From: Eledone cirrhosa
Taxonomy: Eukaryota
Reading direction: 5' to 3'
Assembly: GCA_964016885.1 (NCBI GenBank)
Contig: OZ024743.1
Location: 274,288,001-274,352,000 of the forward strand
Length of the DNA stretch: 64,000 nt
In this document: positions 27,288 to 41,760 of the stretch, in pieces
How positions within the stretch are numbered: position 1 is the first letter of the stretch
Layout of the letters: the number at the start of each line of letters is the position of its first letter
Made by a program: the position numbers and the translations under genes
The notes under the pieces: generated by a model
What the model was told of the DNA's origin: nothing
Databases searched by the model: none
Seen by the model: only the letters and a program-made list of their open reading frames with translations

Positions 27288-29469
27288 TAAATGAATGAAT
27301 AAATAAATAAATGCTGAAATATAAAATCACTTGCTGAAATTAATATTCAACACCAATGGTTGCTGCTATTTTATGGATAAGCTGAAGTGATCAAATTATA
27401 AAGTAAAGTGAAAATAGGTAGAAGTACATGTGACCTTTAGAGGAGGCCAGATGTGATAAGCGGATGGAAAAACAAATAAATAAATAAAATCTAATTGTGT
27501 AAATGCACACATGGAAACATTAAGTGCACACGATTATAACTGGTTTGTAGCAAACGAGTCGATTTAATATATTTTAGTAGCCTCATTTTTCCCCTTTAGT
27601 TTTTTTTTCCTGCATGGTACTATTTTATGTTTTAAATTTGTTTTTTTCTTTTTAACAATTAACCTGAAAATGGATTGACTCTTCTAAGAAGTTCTGACAG
27701 GTAACATTAGAAGAAACTCTGAGCAAATTATTTACATATTTGTTTTCTGTTTTCATTTTGTTTATACAATCCACTGAATAAACATTAGCTATTGTGCTTT
27801 GATTCGCGTTTTCGCCTTCTAGCGGGGAAATCAATTTCGGTGCCTTTTAGTTCAAATCAATGCAGACGTCGTTTATTTTTTTTTTTCACTTGGTTTATTT
27901 ATATTGAAGTAGATTCCATTGAACATCACAGAACAATTGGATAGTTCCCAGATAACCAAGACGTCGACGTTATTTTTATCACTTGCTGAATGATTATTAT
28001 TTCGGTCTTATTAAGACCGAAAATTGGCAGTCGCTGGAGGGTCAGACAAAATGCGTTGTGGTGTTTTTCCAATTATATTTGTTCTGAGTTAAATTCCCAC
28101 TATGGTTAAGTTTACTTTTCATTCTTTTGGAGTTCCTAAATGAAATTCCAATCCAAGGTTGTGTATTCGACGGAATTGTTTGTTTATTAGACTGGACGTT
28201 TTGTGGTATTTGTTCCGGTTCATTGCATTCTGATGACATTCCCAGCAACTGTATCATTTCAAGCAGTATCACCTATTACCATCCCTGCAAACATTATTGC
28301 TGAGAGGGGATACTTGTATGCATGAGCAAATGCTGGCATTTCATAAAAATCATTTGCATCGGTTTACAACCTCAAAAGGTACTTTTCATGTGCAGAACCA
28401 TAAACTAACGAGACGTAAAAGGCCCCCAGAACGTCACTGAAAAAGAAATATATCTAACATTATTCATTTTCGTCCGTTCCTCTTCAAAATCCAGAGAGCT
28501 TCGTGCATATTCAAAAAGATATTATAAGAAGCTGCCCACAACATAGAATCACATTACTGTTTTAGTTACTCCAAAATTTTTCCCGTTGAAAGGCATAGCA
28601 AAGCCTATTTAATCACCTTGCTTCCTTCCAAATGCAGTATATGAGTTAATCTGCTTTTATTGTATATTAGTGAAATCATTGTTACAAAGTAACTTCATTG
28701 TGTTTGTAACATTTTTTATATCGCTTTCATGTTACTTATGTCTGTACGTTCTTTACGTTCTGATTGCAAAACCTGCTACGGTCAAATTTGCCTTCCATAC
28801 TTCTGAGGTCGATAAAATAAAGTACCGCTATATCACATCGCTTTTCGTTTTCAGAACATTTTATCGTCATGCCGATATTACCGATATATAATATCGTCTT
28901 TTTTTAAAGTTTCACGTATTATTTTACTTATTATAGAAGAAAGTGTAACACAGTCTCTCTTCAATCTCTATAAATATATTGTCAATTTAATTTCCATATC
29001 TACATGCATATATATTTACGTATAATATCAATATGTATAGTACACAAGCTAGCAGAAAACTACCCGGATGTTATTTTTTCTGCTGATTTCTTTTAATAAA
29101 ATTCATTTCATTTTCCTTTAATTTTCCTGCTGTTCTTATATAACTGCAGCACATACTACTACTATAGCTGCTGTATATCTGGATCCTAATAATATTATAA
29201 GATAATTATTAATAGATGTTTGTACATGATCTCTCTATTTGTGTGATTTCCTAAGGTTTAGACTTTCAGGAACTTATCAATTCAAGTAACAACTTTCACA
29301 TTTTATTCTTCACTTTCCTTTTTGTACAACATTAAACTGACATTGAATCATTCACTCACAGGCACGCATACACACATGCACACATGTCCACACACACACA
29401 CACAAATGCCGTTGTGGCACCTTGGTCGATGATTTCGGATTACATCCGCTCACTTGTTGTCACAGTGCA

Positions 29470-29900
29470 GGTTGATACATTCGGCACGTTGCCATGAATA
29501 ATATAATCAGAATGAACTCTGGCGCGGCCGGTTTCCCATCACAACGAGAACCTGTCGGCTACAACTTGGTGAATATAGCGTCCAGGCGGGATAACCATTT
29601 CCCTGCTTGAGGAGGCTAAATTCATAATCTTGGACGCCAAATACTGCGACACATTCTCAGGCTCCAAGTTTGTCACTTCGGCCACAAACACAAGCAATGA
29701 CACTCATAACGCAGAGGAGCATAATAAATCCAAATACCAGGACTTGCCGGTGGCCTTCAAAATATCCAGCAGCGTCAATCGTCAGACTGCTGTTTTCCGC
29801 GCCGGCAAAAGGAGTCCCGTGGAATGGTTGATGCAGCAGTTACCGCTGACTAGTTTCCTCGGCATACTTTTCTCCATCCTATCTGTGGGGCGCAGCTGCG
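29470..29900 (+). mobile_element. Degenerate CRE-like RLE domain
   Basis: RHVAMNNIIR..AGFPSQREPVG, RPGGITI, ILDAKYCDTFS, AEEHNKSKYQDL and EWLMQQL, matching the RH..N/RPDG/WDATC.DT/AE..K..KY motifs. Confidence 0.7.
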
Positions 29901-30305
29901 ATATACTGCCTAGTCAGGGGAGTGTGGAGTCATCCTTCCCTTTCGCTTTTGTTCATTAATTTTTATCACTCTTTCTGTTTATTATTTTTGTAAATATATT
30001 ATAATCAGTTTTAATTACATTTTTATAACTACTAAAAAATGTACCCTGTCAACTAAAGTTTCTTCTGATCGAGTCAGTAACAAAATTTATGTTACAAAGC
30101 TATTGTAAACAATATTTACTTCCATTTGTCGGAATCTACAAAACTGCTTCATCTTCACGCTTTCTGTTTTTTATATGTTGCTAAGGATATATCTTCATAA
30201 AATCTAATGGCGTCACAAATTCTATCCCTCTCCATTCAGAGCTTTGATATGGAAAAGTCTTTGTAATAGCGCTAGAAATGGAAGAACGGGGAAGCAACGA
30301 ATATC

Positions 30306-30650
30306 TTTTTTTTTTTCTTGTAAATACAAATCTATTTTTATTTATGGAGTATATCTTGTGAATACAGTTTAATAGAAAAGGAAACAGGCGAAAAAGAAAC
30401 AGGAAAATAGAGTGAAAAAAGAGAAAAAGAAAGAAAAGATGGGAAGGTGAGGAGAAGAACTCTAGTGTCGCAGAAGAGAGGGGTGGGGTGAATGGGGAGG
30501 ATGATAGGGCTTTAGGCCTAGGGCACGGAGGCAGAAAGGTTGCGCCCCGCGAACAAGACCGCAAAAGCATTCCTGCAAACATTGGCCTGCGACATCCGCT
30601 GCAACAGCCAACCAACCTTGCGGAGTTCCCTCCTCAGACGGACCACCGGC
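30306..30650 (-). mobile_element. 3' end of a CRE-like non-LTR element with a poly(A) tail
   Basis: A minus frame reads ELRKVGWLLQRMSQANVCRNAFAVLFAG, followed by a pyrimidine-rich UTR, AATAAA and an oligo(A) tail near 30306. Confidence 0.6.
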
Positions 30651-32149
30651 GCTCCGATCTTGGAGGAGCTCGGCTGTATGGGGTCCGTTGTGACGTGTTG
30701 GTCAGTGACGTTTGAATGTGGAGATGACCTTGATTTAGATATGGTTTAAAATGAATGTGTCTATCAAAAGCACTGAATTCTCTTGTGGGTACCGATTGAA
30801 TTTGGTGAAGAATATGTTGTCGTTTAAGTTTAGAAAGTGAAAGGGAAGCTATGTACGAGTGCTGTAGTTTTCCTATATTATTAAACCAGTAATGTACTGG
30901 GTAATTATGGCCTTGTGCCAAAAGTAGAAACAATTATTAACGTGAGTCTGCATGACGTGGTCATTGATGATTGTGAAGGTTAGTATTTGCAGTGACATTG
31001 AGGGGATAGTTAATTGAGATGGGTATTGCAAAAATGTTAACCCAATTTACTCTGACAATGTCATTGCCAGTAGGCTATTACTAGGAACAAATATGATTGA
31101 AAACAAAAACAAATTTGAGACGAAAGTCTTGACAGTTTCTGTCAGTTGTTAAATTAACATGAATAAGTCGTATATATTTGGTAAGTTTTAAAGAAAATAT
31201 AATTGGTCTGAGACTTGCTTAAACTTTCACTGTTCTTGGTAAATACTAACATCAACTAGAACATACAATTACAAGCAAACGTGAGATCGTTTGCACATTT
31301 CAAATTCTCTTCATAATTTACTATGTTAAATAAATTTCAGAAATAATATGATTGTTTAGTGCCTTTCAAATAACGATGTGTAGTTCTATGTGACACAATT
31401 ATCTTCCTTTTGTCTGTTCATATAAATCATTAAAAAGTTTTACTTGGCATACATAATGAACATGCTTCAAGAGTTAACGTGTAAAATATTTCATGCTAAA
31501 ATTTCTCTTTGTTTGTAAAACAATACCTATAACAAATATGAGATCAATGATTTATAGCTTATATACAAGAATCTGGATGAAAGTTTGAATGCATAAAACG
31601 AGATAATTAATCATTTGTGTTTTGTACAAGACCGTTAGTATTATGGAGTCGTGGCAGTGGAGACCACCCTCACTCCAAGACTAGTCACAGCCGATTTCTT
31701 TCAGTAAAGCAAAGAGAGTGAGAGAAAAGGAAGCAAGATCTGTAGATGAATAATCAACCCCAATATCTGACTTACTTTTTTTATCAACCTTGAAAAGATG
31801 AAAGATAAAGCTGGCTGCGGCTAAATTTGAATTCAAAATGCAGAGAGTCGGAACAAATACCACAAACCATTCTATCCGATGTTCTAACGACTCTGCCAAT
31901 TCACAACCTCACCCCTTACATTTAATCATAGGTTTTACTATTAAACTTTTCTCAGAAAGTAATATCTGGGGATACACCTGCAAACCAAAGTTATACTGTC
32001 GATAGTCTTCTGGGGGAATCGTAACTGAAATGGAAATAAATCTGATAGCAACCATAGATGTGTCTTCAAAATTATTGTTAAAAGAGGGAATATTAAGATG
32101 TTTATAGTACCATAGTTGTATCTTTTTATGTGACGTAATGTAATATATG

Positions 32150-32400
32150 TAATATGGCTTGTTTGTGACGGTATTGATCCCGAGACAATTAGTTTTCCGT
32201 TGCTAACCCATTCAGATGGAAGGAAATTAGTGTGTACCTGTTTCAAAGGGCCAGCCTTGTCGCATACTGTATCTCCTTGATCTCCATGAGAATTGTGTTA
32301 AGAGTACACGTGTTGCCGGTAATTTCTACTACTTGCAGGCTGTTCCGTTGATTGATCAACTAGGACACTCATCGTCGAAACCGACGGTGGTCCAACATGT
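32150..32400 (+). mobile_element. Degenerate second SINE family with an RTE-like 3' hairpin
   Basis: TTTCAAAGGGCCAGCCTTGTC...GCAGGCTGTTCCGTTGAT...CGTCGAAACCGACG hairpin. Recognised by recall only. Confidence 0.45.
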
Positions 32401-33492
32401 TTAGGTACAGTTGTGTCTGTATATATACACATGTGTCTGTTTTGTGAACATCATCTGCTTTAAGTTTACTTGGTTAAAACTAGAGAGTGAAAACATTTGA
32501 ATGTACGATTAAGCCAGTGAAGCACAATAGTAAGGCATGAAGGTGAAACTACCTTCCATGTGACAGTGGTCAGGGTTTTAACATTGTGTGCGTGTGTATG
32601 TATGTGTGTGTATATATGTGTGCCTGTCTCTCTCTCTCTCTCTCTCTCGCTCTCGCTCTCGCTCTCTCTCTCTCTCTTTGAAATTTATATAAACAACAGA
32701 AAATTTTCTTAAATAGCAGAACATATACTTGTAGCTTTCAGTATAAACAGAACATTATAACGTAACTATAATAGTCCCTAATTGTTGATAGTAACTGCAA
32801 TAATCCAGAAGTTATCGTTGGCATTAAAGGTTTAATTCTATGATCTTTAAATAAAACATCAATGTAAAAAAAGGTGACACATATGGATATACTACAATAT
32901 AAATATCAATAAATGAACTGTTTTAAAATAAGGATGCAAGAAAAAGGTGGGTATGTCTAGGAACTTTGCAAGCCTTCATCTGGGAATACTGAGATAGATA
33001 CGACTGGTGTTCATTATGAATATATGAAGGCCATATCTGTATGAAGTAGTGTTGAGTAAAGGCTGGAAATGCAGCATGTGGACTAGTGATTATAACAAAC
33101 AGGTATTTCGATTTTCTAAAATCAGTTGCATGGTCTTATTTTTAAGGTTTTACTGTTTGCAACTGCATTAAATCATCATCAGTTCTAAGTACAGTAAACA
33201 CAATAGATCGCTTTAATTATATCCATTCGTCCACAACCATCAATCGTTACTATATTTATCGACCCCGAAAAGATGAAAAGTTGACATCGATAAAATTTGA
33301 TTTAGGAAGACAAAGATTTGATTGGTGTTGGGGGAATATCGACTCCGGCTGTCGAGTGGGTAATTAACTATTGACTCTGAAAGAATGAAATAAGTGGGTC
33401 TTCTTGTCACAGAATAGAAAGATGGAGCCGACACTTCAAGTCATTTAATCTGACGTTCTAATGCCTGTGTCAGAGTTCTATATGTATGTATG

Positions 33493-33584
<92 letters not shown>

Positions 33585-33609
33585 GTGTGTGTGGGGTGGG
33601 TGGGTGTGT

Positions 33610-34058
33610 GTATAAACAAATAGTAGAAAGGAAAAAGATTATTTCAGTAGAAAATGTTGAAGACTTTTTTTTTAAGAGAGATATGAAAACATAAATTATT
33701 TACAATACCGGTTCAGCATTAAATGCATTGTAAATTGCGGATATGCAGTATATTGTTAAGTTGCATATTTGTACGAATAGTGATAATAGTAATAAGAATG
33801 ATGAAGGCAATGAAAATAAAATAAAAAGGGGTAGAAAAATCAATTTTTTTTTTCCCACTTTATATTTTATTTTCATTGCCTTCATCATTATTATTACTAT
33901 TATCACTATTTGTACAATATACTGCATATCCGCAATTTACAATGCATTTAATGCTGAACCGGTATTGTAAATAAATTAATGTTGTCTTAACTCTCTGAAA
34001 AAAAACTCTTCAAAATTTTCTACTGAAAGAATCCTTTTCCTTTCTACTATTTGTTTAT
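33610..34058. repeat. Fold-back element of about 450 bp between microsatellites
   Basis: Arms of about 215-230 bp are diverged reverse complements centred near 33843. A smaller fold-back with a tail lies at 34370-34530. Confidence 0.8.
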
Positions 34059-34098
34059 ATATATATATATGCATATATATATATATGTATATATATGC

Positions 34099-34217
<119 letters not shown>

Positions 34218-34243
34218 TATATATATATGCATATATATATATA

Positions 34244-34285
<42 letters not shown>

Positions 34286-34297
34286 TATAGATATATA

Positions 34298-34351
<54 letters not shown>

Positions 34352-34527
34352 TATATATATATATATATATATTGTTATACTTTGGGAGGGTTATGTTGCC
34401 AATAAGAAAAACACGCACCACTATTGCGTGTGTTTCTTATTGGCAACATGACCCTCCCAAAGTATAACAATATCGGTTTCAACACACGATTTCAGGTAAA
34501 GAATCTTGCTAAACAAATTCAGAAACG

Positions 34528-34616
<89 letters not shown>

Positions 34617-34625
34617 TATATATAT

Positions 34626-34791
<166 letters not shown>

Positions 34792-34796
34792 TACGC

Positions 34797-34849
<53 letters not shown>

Positions 34850-34913
34850 TATAAATATATATACATATGTATATATATATTTCTATACACATATATATAT
34901 ATACATATATATA

Positions 34914-35754
34914 TATATATTTAGAAACACACAGATACATGCGGACACACACATATATACATGAATGCATCCGCACCCAACTGTGAGTTAAGGGTGCCAA
35001 CTTCACCGATGTTGCTCAATGAATGACTGGGACAGACCAATTCAGTTTGAACCAGACTGAACCAGTATCAGAGTTAAAAATACATTATGAAGAGAGAAGA
35101 AACATTTAGATATAATTAGTAATAAAATGTATCATACCTAAACTGCCCCTAAATTCCTCGACTACGTAGTTTCGTGGCATAAACAAAAACAATATATCAA
35201 AGATATAGAGTCCCTACGAGGTCTGCCGACTTATCAAGAGGATACCTCATTTTACTAGTCTCAAGAACGCGTCTACACGACGTGATAAAGAATCCCAAAA
35301 GGCGGAGGGGGAGATAGTCACGCGATATAACGGTCGAGAAACAGAGCTAAGCCTCTTATAACCACGAAGAAAATACCACGGAGGCGGAGGGGGTATTCAT
35401 ATCGAGGCCGTAGAAGAGGTAGTGAAGAAGGCGAGAAGTATGAGTAATGGAAGCTTTCCAGTTGTCCCCACACTTCAAAGATTGCTCGACCAGAGGGAGT
35501 TATTAATATATTTAGAAACACACAGATACATGCGGACACACACATATATACATGAATGCATCCGCACCCAACTGTGAGTTAAGGGTGCCAACTTCACCGA
35601 TGTTGCTCAATGAATGACTGGGACAGACCAATTCAGTTTGAACCAGACTGAACCAGTATCAGAGTTAAAAATACATTATGAAGAGAGAAGAAACATTTAG
35701 ATATAATTAGTAATAAAATGTATCATACCTAAACTGCCCCTAAATTCCTCGACT
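34914..35754 (+). mobile_element. Miniature LTR (TRIM-like) element
   Basis: Identical direct repeats of about 245 bp (34914-35163 and 35498-35754) contain AATAAA and enclose about 335 bp. A purine tract AGAGGG lies just before the 3' repeat, which has AGT...ACT termini. The element sits in (TA)n. Confidence 0.55.
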
Positions 35755-35755
35755 A

Positions 35756-35788
<33 letters not shown>

Positions 35789-35873
35789 GCATATATATAT
35801 ATATATATATATATATAAATGTAAGTATGTATGTATACGTACATACATATATGTATACAGACATACAGTAGCA

Positions 35874-35921
<48 letters not shown>

Positions 35922-36075
35922 CATACAGGTACACATACATATATGTACGTATCAGTTTAGCGGACGTTTATTATAACGCCCGCTTTGTCCGTTTGTAAAC
36001 AAACTAACAGCCTGAATTTATGCCGTACGGTGTTAAGGCAACCACGTCACCTTTTTGTTCAACACTGACACAGGA

Positions 36076-36118
36076 ACGATGTACTAGTTTCAAGCTTCTT
36101 AGCTATCGTCAGCACCGT
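36076..36118 (-). ncRNA. Minimal type I hammerhead (family B), intact core
   Basis: ACGGTG-CTGACGA-tAGCT aaga AGCTt-GAAA-CTAG-TA-CATCGT. Confidence 0.85.
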
Positions 36119-36353
36119 ATACCCTTCTTCCAGATGGTTGAACGTTCGAAAGTATATACTTTGCTTATGAAAATTAACGGCTGAGCAGCCTAATTTGCAG
36201 ATCGAGTGATTCAGTCGGCCAGGCGCACCGAAAACGATAAGTTGTAATAAAATGAAAACGAAATTTCATTTCTCACTCTTAGTACGGCACTTACTTAAAT
36301 ATAAGTATGTATGTATACGTACATACATATATGTATACAGACGTACAGTAGCA

Positions 36354-36445
<92 letters not shown>

Positions 36446-36885
36446 TATACATACAGGTACACATACATATATGTACGTATCAGTTTAGCGGACGTTTATC
36501 ATAACGCCCGCTTTATCCGTTTGTAAAAAAACTGACAGCCTGAATTAATGCCGTACGGTGTTAAGGAAACCACGTCCCTTTTTTGTTCAACACTGACACA
36601 GGAACGATGTACTAGTTTCAAGCTTCTTAGCTATCATTAGCACCGTATACCCTTCTGCCAGATGGTTGAACGTTCGAAAGTATATACTTTTTTCCTCATG
36701 AAAATTAACGGCTGAGCAGCCTAATTTGCATATCGAGTGAGTTCAGTCGGCCAGGCGCACCGAAAACGATAAGTTGTAATAAAATGAAAACGAAATTTCA
36801 TTTCTCACTCTTAGTACGGCACTTACTTAAATGTAAGTATGTATGTATACGTACATACATATATGTATACAGACGTACAGTAGCA

Positions 36886-36925
<40 letters not shown>

Positions 36926-37083
36926 TATACATACAGGTACACATACATATATGTACGTATCAGTTTAGCGGACGGTTATTATAACGCCCGCTTTGTCCGT
37001 TTGTAAACAAACTGACAGCCTGAATTTATGCCGTACGGTGTTAAGGCAACCACGTCACCTTTTTGTTCAACACTGACACAGGA

Positions 37084-37126
37084 ACGATGTACTAGTTTCA
37101 AGCTTCTTAGCTATCATCAGCACCGT
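37084..37126 (-). ncRNA. Minimal type I hammerhead (family B), intact core
   Basis: Same as 36076 but with CTGATGA. The middle unit at 36604 has CTAATGA (G5 lost). Confidence 0.85.
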
Positions 37127-37524
37127 ATACCCTTCTGCCAGATGGTTGAACGTTTGAAAGTATATACTTTCCTTATGAAAATTAACGGCTAAGCAGGCTA
37201 ATTTGCATATCGAGTGAGTTCAGTCGGCCAGGCGCACCGAAAACGATGAGTTGTAATAAAATGAAAACGAAATTTCATTTCTCACTCTTAGTACGGCACT
37301 TACTTAAATGTAAGTATGTATGTATACGTACATACATATATGTATACAGACGTACAGTAGCATGCATATATAAATATATATATATATACATATATATACA
37401 TACAGGTACACATACATATATGTACGTATCAGTTTAGCAGACGTTTATTATAACGCCCGCTTTAAGTAAGTGCCGTACTAAGAGTGAGAAATGAAATTTC
37501 GTTTTCATTTTATTACAACTTATA

Positions 37525-37563
<39 letters not shown>

Positions 37564-37650
37564 GCATATAAATTAATAAAATAGTGAATAAACAAAGAAA
37601 CAGTTCCTTATATTAAAAAAATTCATCATTTTAAGATCGATATATGTTGC

Positions 37651-37681
<31 letters not shown>

Positions 37682-37778
37682 TATAAATGAATATAGAGAA
37701 ATTAATCTAAGAAAAATGACTACACTAATTAGACATATAAGTGACTATAACATCAAGATGAAACATTGTTAACGAAAG

Positions 37779-37881
<103 letters not shown>

Positions 37882-37884
37882 TAC

Positions 37885-37921
<37 letters not shown>

Positions 37922-38434
37922 ATTGAGGTTGGTAATGGCACATGGAATATATAAGAGACAGAATACTTTTTTGTGAAAAAACATATGATTTTATAAGGTA
38001 AGGAAATAATAAAGGGTATAAAAATGACCGGTTTCGATGGGTCTGCAAAAGCCATCTTTTCAAATGTTGATTAATATTAAGATAAATTAATAATACGAAG
38101 AGTTAAAATTTGAGATTTGAAAATTCAAGTATAAAATTCATTGTGGGATTTCATAGTAGCTTTCATCTTGGTCGCAACAAGTTGGCTGCTGTGTGCCTTT
38201 CTGGTAGTGAATGAGAAGTTATTTGGGGGTGTGGGTTATTTTATAAAGGTCAGATTTAGCAATGGCCAGCTGGCCAGCTGCTGGTCAGTGAGGGGGTGGA
38301 AGCAATATACATACATATATCTTCCTGTGGTTGGTAGGAGAGGGGAGCGTGATAGAAAGGGATTTAGTGCACTTACACCTATATATACACACATACCTTC
38401 ATCCACACATACATACATATACATATACATACAC

Positions 38435-38475
<41 letters not shown>

Positions 38476-38954
38476 CACACATACATACACACACACATAC
38501 ATATACATACATACACACACACACACATATATACACATACACACACACACACTGGCACACATAATACATACATCCACATGCACACACATACACACACACA
38601 CATATACACATACATACACCCACACACAGAGAAATGGCCTCCAAACATATATATATATACATACATACACATATTTGTTCCATAATATAAGAAGTTAGGA
38701 CATTGAAATTAAAATACAAGTCATTCTGATCACATTGAGTTAAAATTTGAGATTTGAAAATTCAAGTATAAAATTCATTGTGGGATTTCATAGTAGTTTT
38801 CATCTTGGTAGCAACAAGTTGGCTGCTGTGTGCCTTTCTGCGAGAATGCAGAAATTATTTCCCTTAAACGGTGGGAAAAATCCGAAAACTGGTTCCTCAA
38901 ATATGAAGAAGACTTTAAAAGGACGCACCAACAGGTAACCCCTTTATAAAGCAT

Positions 38955-41760
38955 TTGAACATACCAAGAACTACAACAGACACATTTACACTATCAAACC
39001 CAACACACACTAACCACAGGCACATCCCCCACCAACACAAACCAAATACAGCCAACTACACCAAAAGAAACACACCCAACCACCACAACACAGGTTTCCG
39101 TAGAAATGCCCCCTACATAAACCAACGACGAAATAACATAGATCCAACTCACAACACACACACCACATTCCCCAGAAGAAATCCACCCAGACCACTTGAA
39201 ATCACAACAGAACTTACCCACAACCACACCAGACATCACCCTCAATCCACCAAAAGACAACCCCCCAACCTGAACACTCTGTACCACAGAAATAACGCAC
39301 CCAGACCACATGAACCAACAACAGAACCCTTGCTCATCAACAACCACAACACATACCACCCCCACCCTCACATTCACCCTCATGAAACAACAAGCTACAG
39401 ACCCACACGCAACAGACCAACAAAATATAATCACACACAAAACTACATTCCTTTTTTAGGGAAAAGCCTGAAATACCAGGATACTCGATGCCCCCCCCCC
39501 CCGGAGAAACCAAAAATAATCAACCTCTCAAAGACACCTCTAACCAACACACAAATCAACATTTTAAGTAAGGGCCTGAAATTTACACCTTCACCACGTA
39601 AACCAAACTTCCCCGAAATGAAGGATGCCATCATGGAATACTGCCGAAAGCTGCGACTAACGGAATGCTTCCACAACGACACCAACACTGAAGACGAATC
39701 ACTGGTTAGAAATAAAAGCAATTTCTGCCCACAAAAGGGAAGAAATAAAGCACTGGACACGTGCTGCGAACACATCACCAACTTTCCCTATGAAAAAATT
39801 ACAAATAAACACACGAAATCAAACCTATCTACACACGAATGGGAAGAATTATTCACACTTAGAAACAACCCTGAGGTAACTATCAAGGACCCGATAAAGG
39901 CAGTACTGTTGTCATTATGAATACGGACTACTATAGGACCCTCGCACTTAACATTTTAGAAAACAACACATACTATGAAAAAACAGAAAACTACAAACAC
40001 ACCAAAACAATGGGGAACCTTTTGACCTTACTGAATAAATACCGCAACAGCTTAACCACAAAAGAGTTTAACTATATAAGCCACTTCAAATGCAATACAA
40101 GCTCTTTTTACGGCTTACCGAAACTCCACAAATGTAAACCCATAAACGATGCATGTGATACCTCAACCAACAATTACATTGAACTAACACCACCAGAAGA
40201 CCTAAAACTCAGGCCAATTATAGCCCTACATGTGAAACCCACAGACTTAGCAACTTTCTGGACATCCTACTGAAATCCTTTCTACAACATATACAGAGCT
40301 ACATACGAGATGACCTTGACATGTTGAAACACCTCCCTAAAACAGTAAGTGCAAATACAATTCTTGTCTCCTTTGACGTAATAAACCTCTACACAAACAT
40401 ACCCCACAACTATGGAATAACAGCAGTCCAATACTGGCTTAACACACACCCATCAGAAATACCGACACGCATCAACACAGATTTTATCACTGACGGACTC
40501 CGCTTTATCCTACAAAATAACTACTTCACATTCAATGGTTCAACATACAGACAAGTATCAGGTACGGCAATGGGCACGAAAGTAGCACCCACATATGCCA
40601 ACCTAGTCATGGGATTCCATGAACAACAAATATACAGTCAGTCCCTTCTCTTATTTGGAGACTCTTTCCACGCACACCTCAAAGCCAATTGGAAAAGATA
40701 TCTAGACGACTGCTTTATCCTATGGCAAGAAGACATGAACTCACTTACTACGTTTAAAAACATGATAAATAACATAGATAATAACATACGATTCACAATG
40801 GAATCCAATCCCAAGGAATTAGCCTTCTTGGATATTCTCATCTCTGTAATAGACGGGAAATTAGATACAGATATATTCTATAAACCCACAGATTCCAAGC
40901 AATACCTCTTTTTCATATCAAGTCACCCAAAACATACAAAACTTAACATTCCTTACAATTTGGCCAAACGTATATGTACCATAGTATCAGATCCACCTAA
41001 ACGGGAGCAAAGACTAAAGGAACTAAAAGACACCCTTATCTTAAGAGCCTTTCCACTTGAAATAATCAACAATGGAATAGACAGGGCAAAACACCTAAAT
41101 CCCCATCAACTTAACAATCCAAAACAGAAAACCACACTCAACACCCAGCCATATGTATCCACTTTCAACCCCAGAAATACCGAAATGTTTGATCACCTAC
41201 ACAAAAACCTCCCCATCCTACTTAAAGATGTAAAAATAAAGTCTATTCTTGAAACACACAAGATCCTTAAAAGTAAAAGACAACCCAAATCACTAAAACG
41301 CATTCTCACTGGACCAAATATACCCAAACCAATCCTCAACCCTACAGTTACCAAATGTGGTAGAACAAACTGTGGAAAGTGCCTCTACCTCACTGAAGGA
41401 CAAACATCTACATTCAAAGATGGCCAAACATTTACAGTAAAAAACAATTTCACCTGCAACTCGGAGAACTTGATTTACGCAATAACTTGCGGTGGGTGCA
41501 AACACAACTACATAGGACAGACGGGCACCTCATTACGCAAAAGAATGACCATCCACCGCCAACAAATCCGGGACGCTAACACAAGAAAAATCCCCTTGAG
41601 CAGCCATATTGCGAACTGCGCAGGAATGACACTACCCAACTTTAAAATCTTCCCCTTCTACAAGTGATCAGATTCGTTCACACAGCAACAAAGAATATAC
41701 AAAGAACATCTATTCCTTAACAAATTTAAACCAAAACTAAACGGGTTATTACCCCAATAG
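38955..41760 (+). pseudogene. Disrupted PLE polyprotein: reverse transcriptase plus GIY-YIG endonuclease
   Basis: IINLS..LSKGLKFTP, DKGSTVVIM, FYGLPKLHK, SFDVINLYTNIP, GTAMGTKVAPTYANL, RYLDDCF, CGRTNCGKC linker, and NLIYAITC..YIGQT. There are frameshifts near 39890 and 40225 and a stop at 41665. Confidence 0.92.

Larger units (their letters stand above)
35815..37525 (-). mobile_element. Tandem array of about 3.3 retrozyme-like units (480-530 bp), one minimal hammerhead per unit, capped by a short inverted segment
   Basis: Hammerheads at 36076-36118, 36604-36646 and 37084-37126 (periods 528 and 480). An inverted piece lies at 37463-37523. Confidence 0.8.

Noticed and set aside
35815-37525. 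CRISPR-like or ordinary satellite interpretation of the tandem array
   Set aside because: The context is eukaryotic, the units are about 500 bp without unique spacers, and dispersed permuted copies carry ribozymes.
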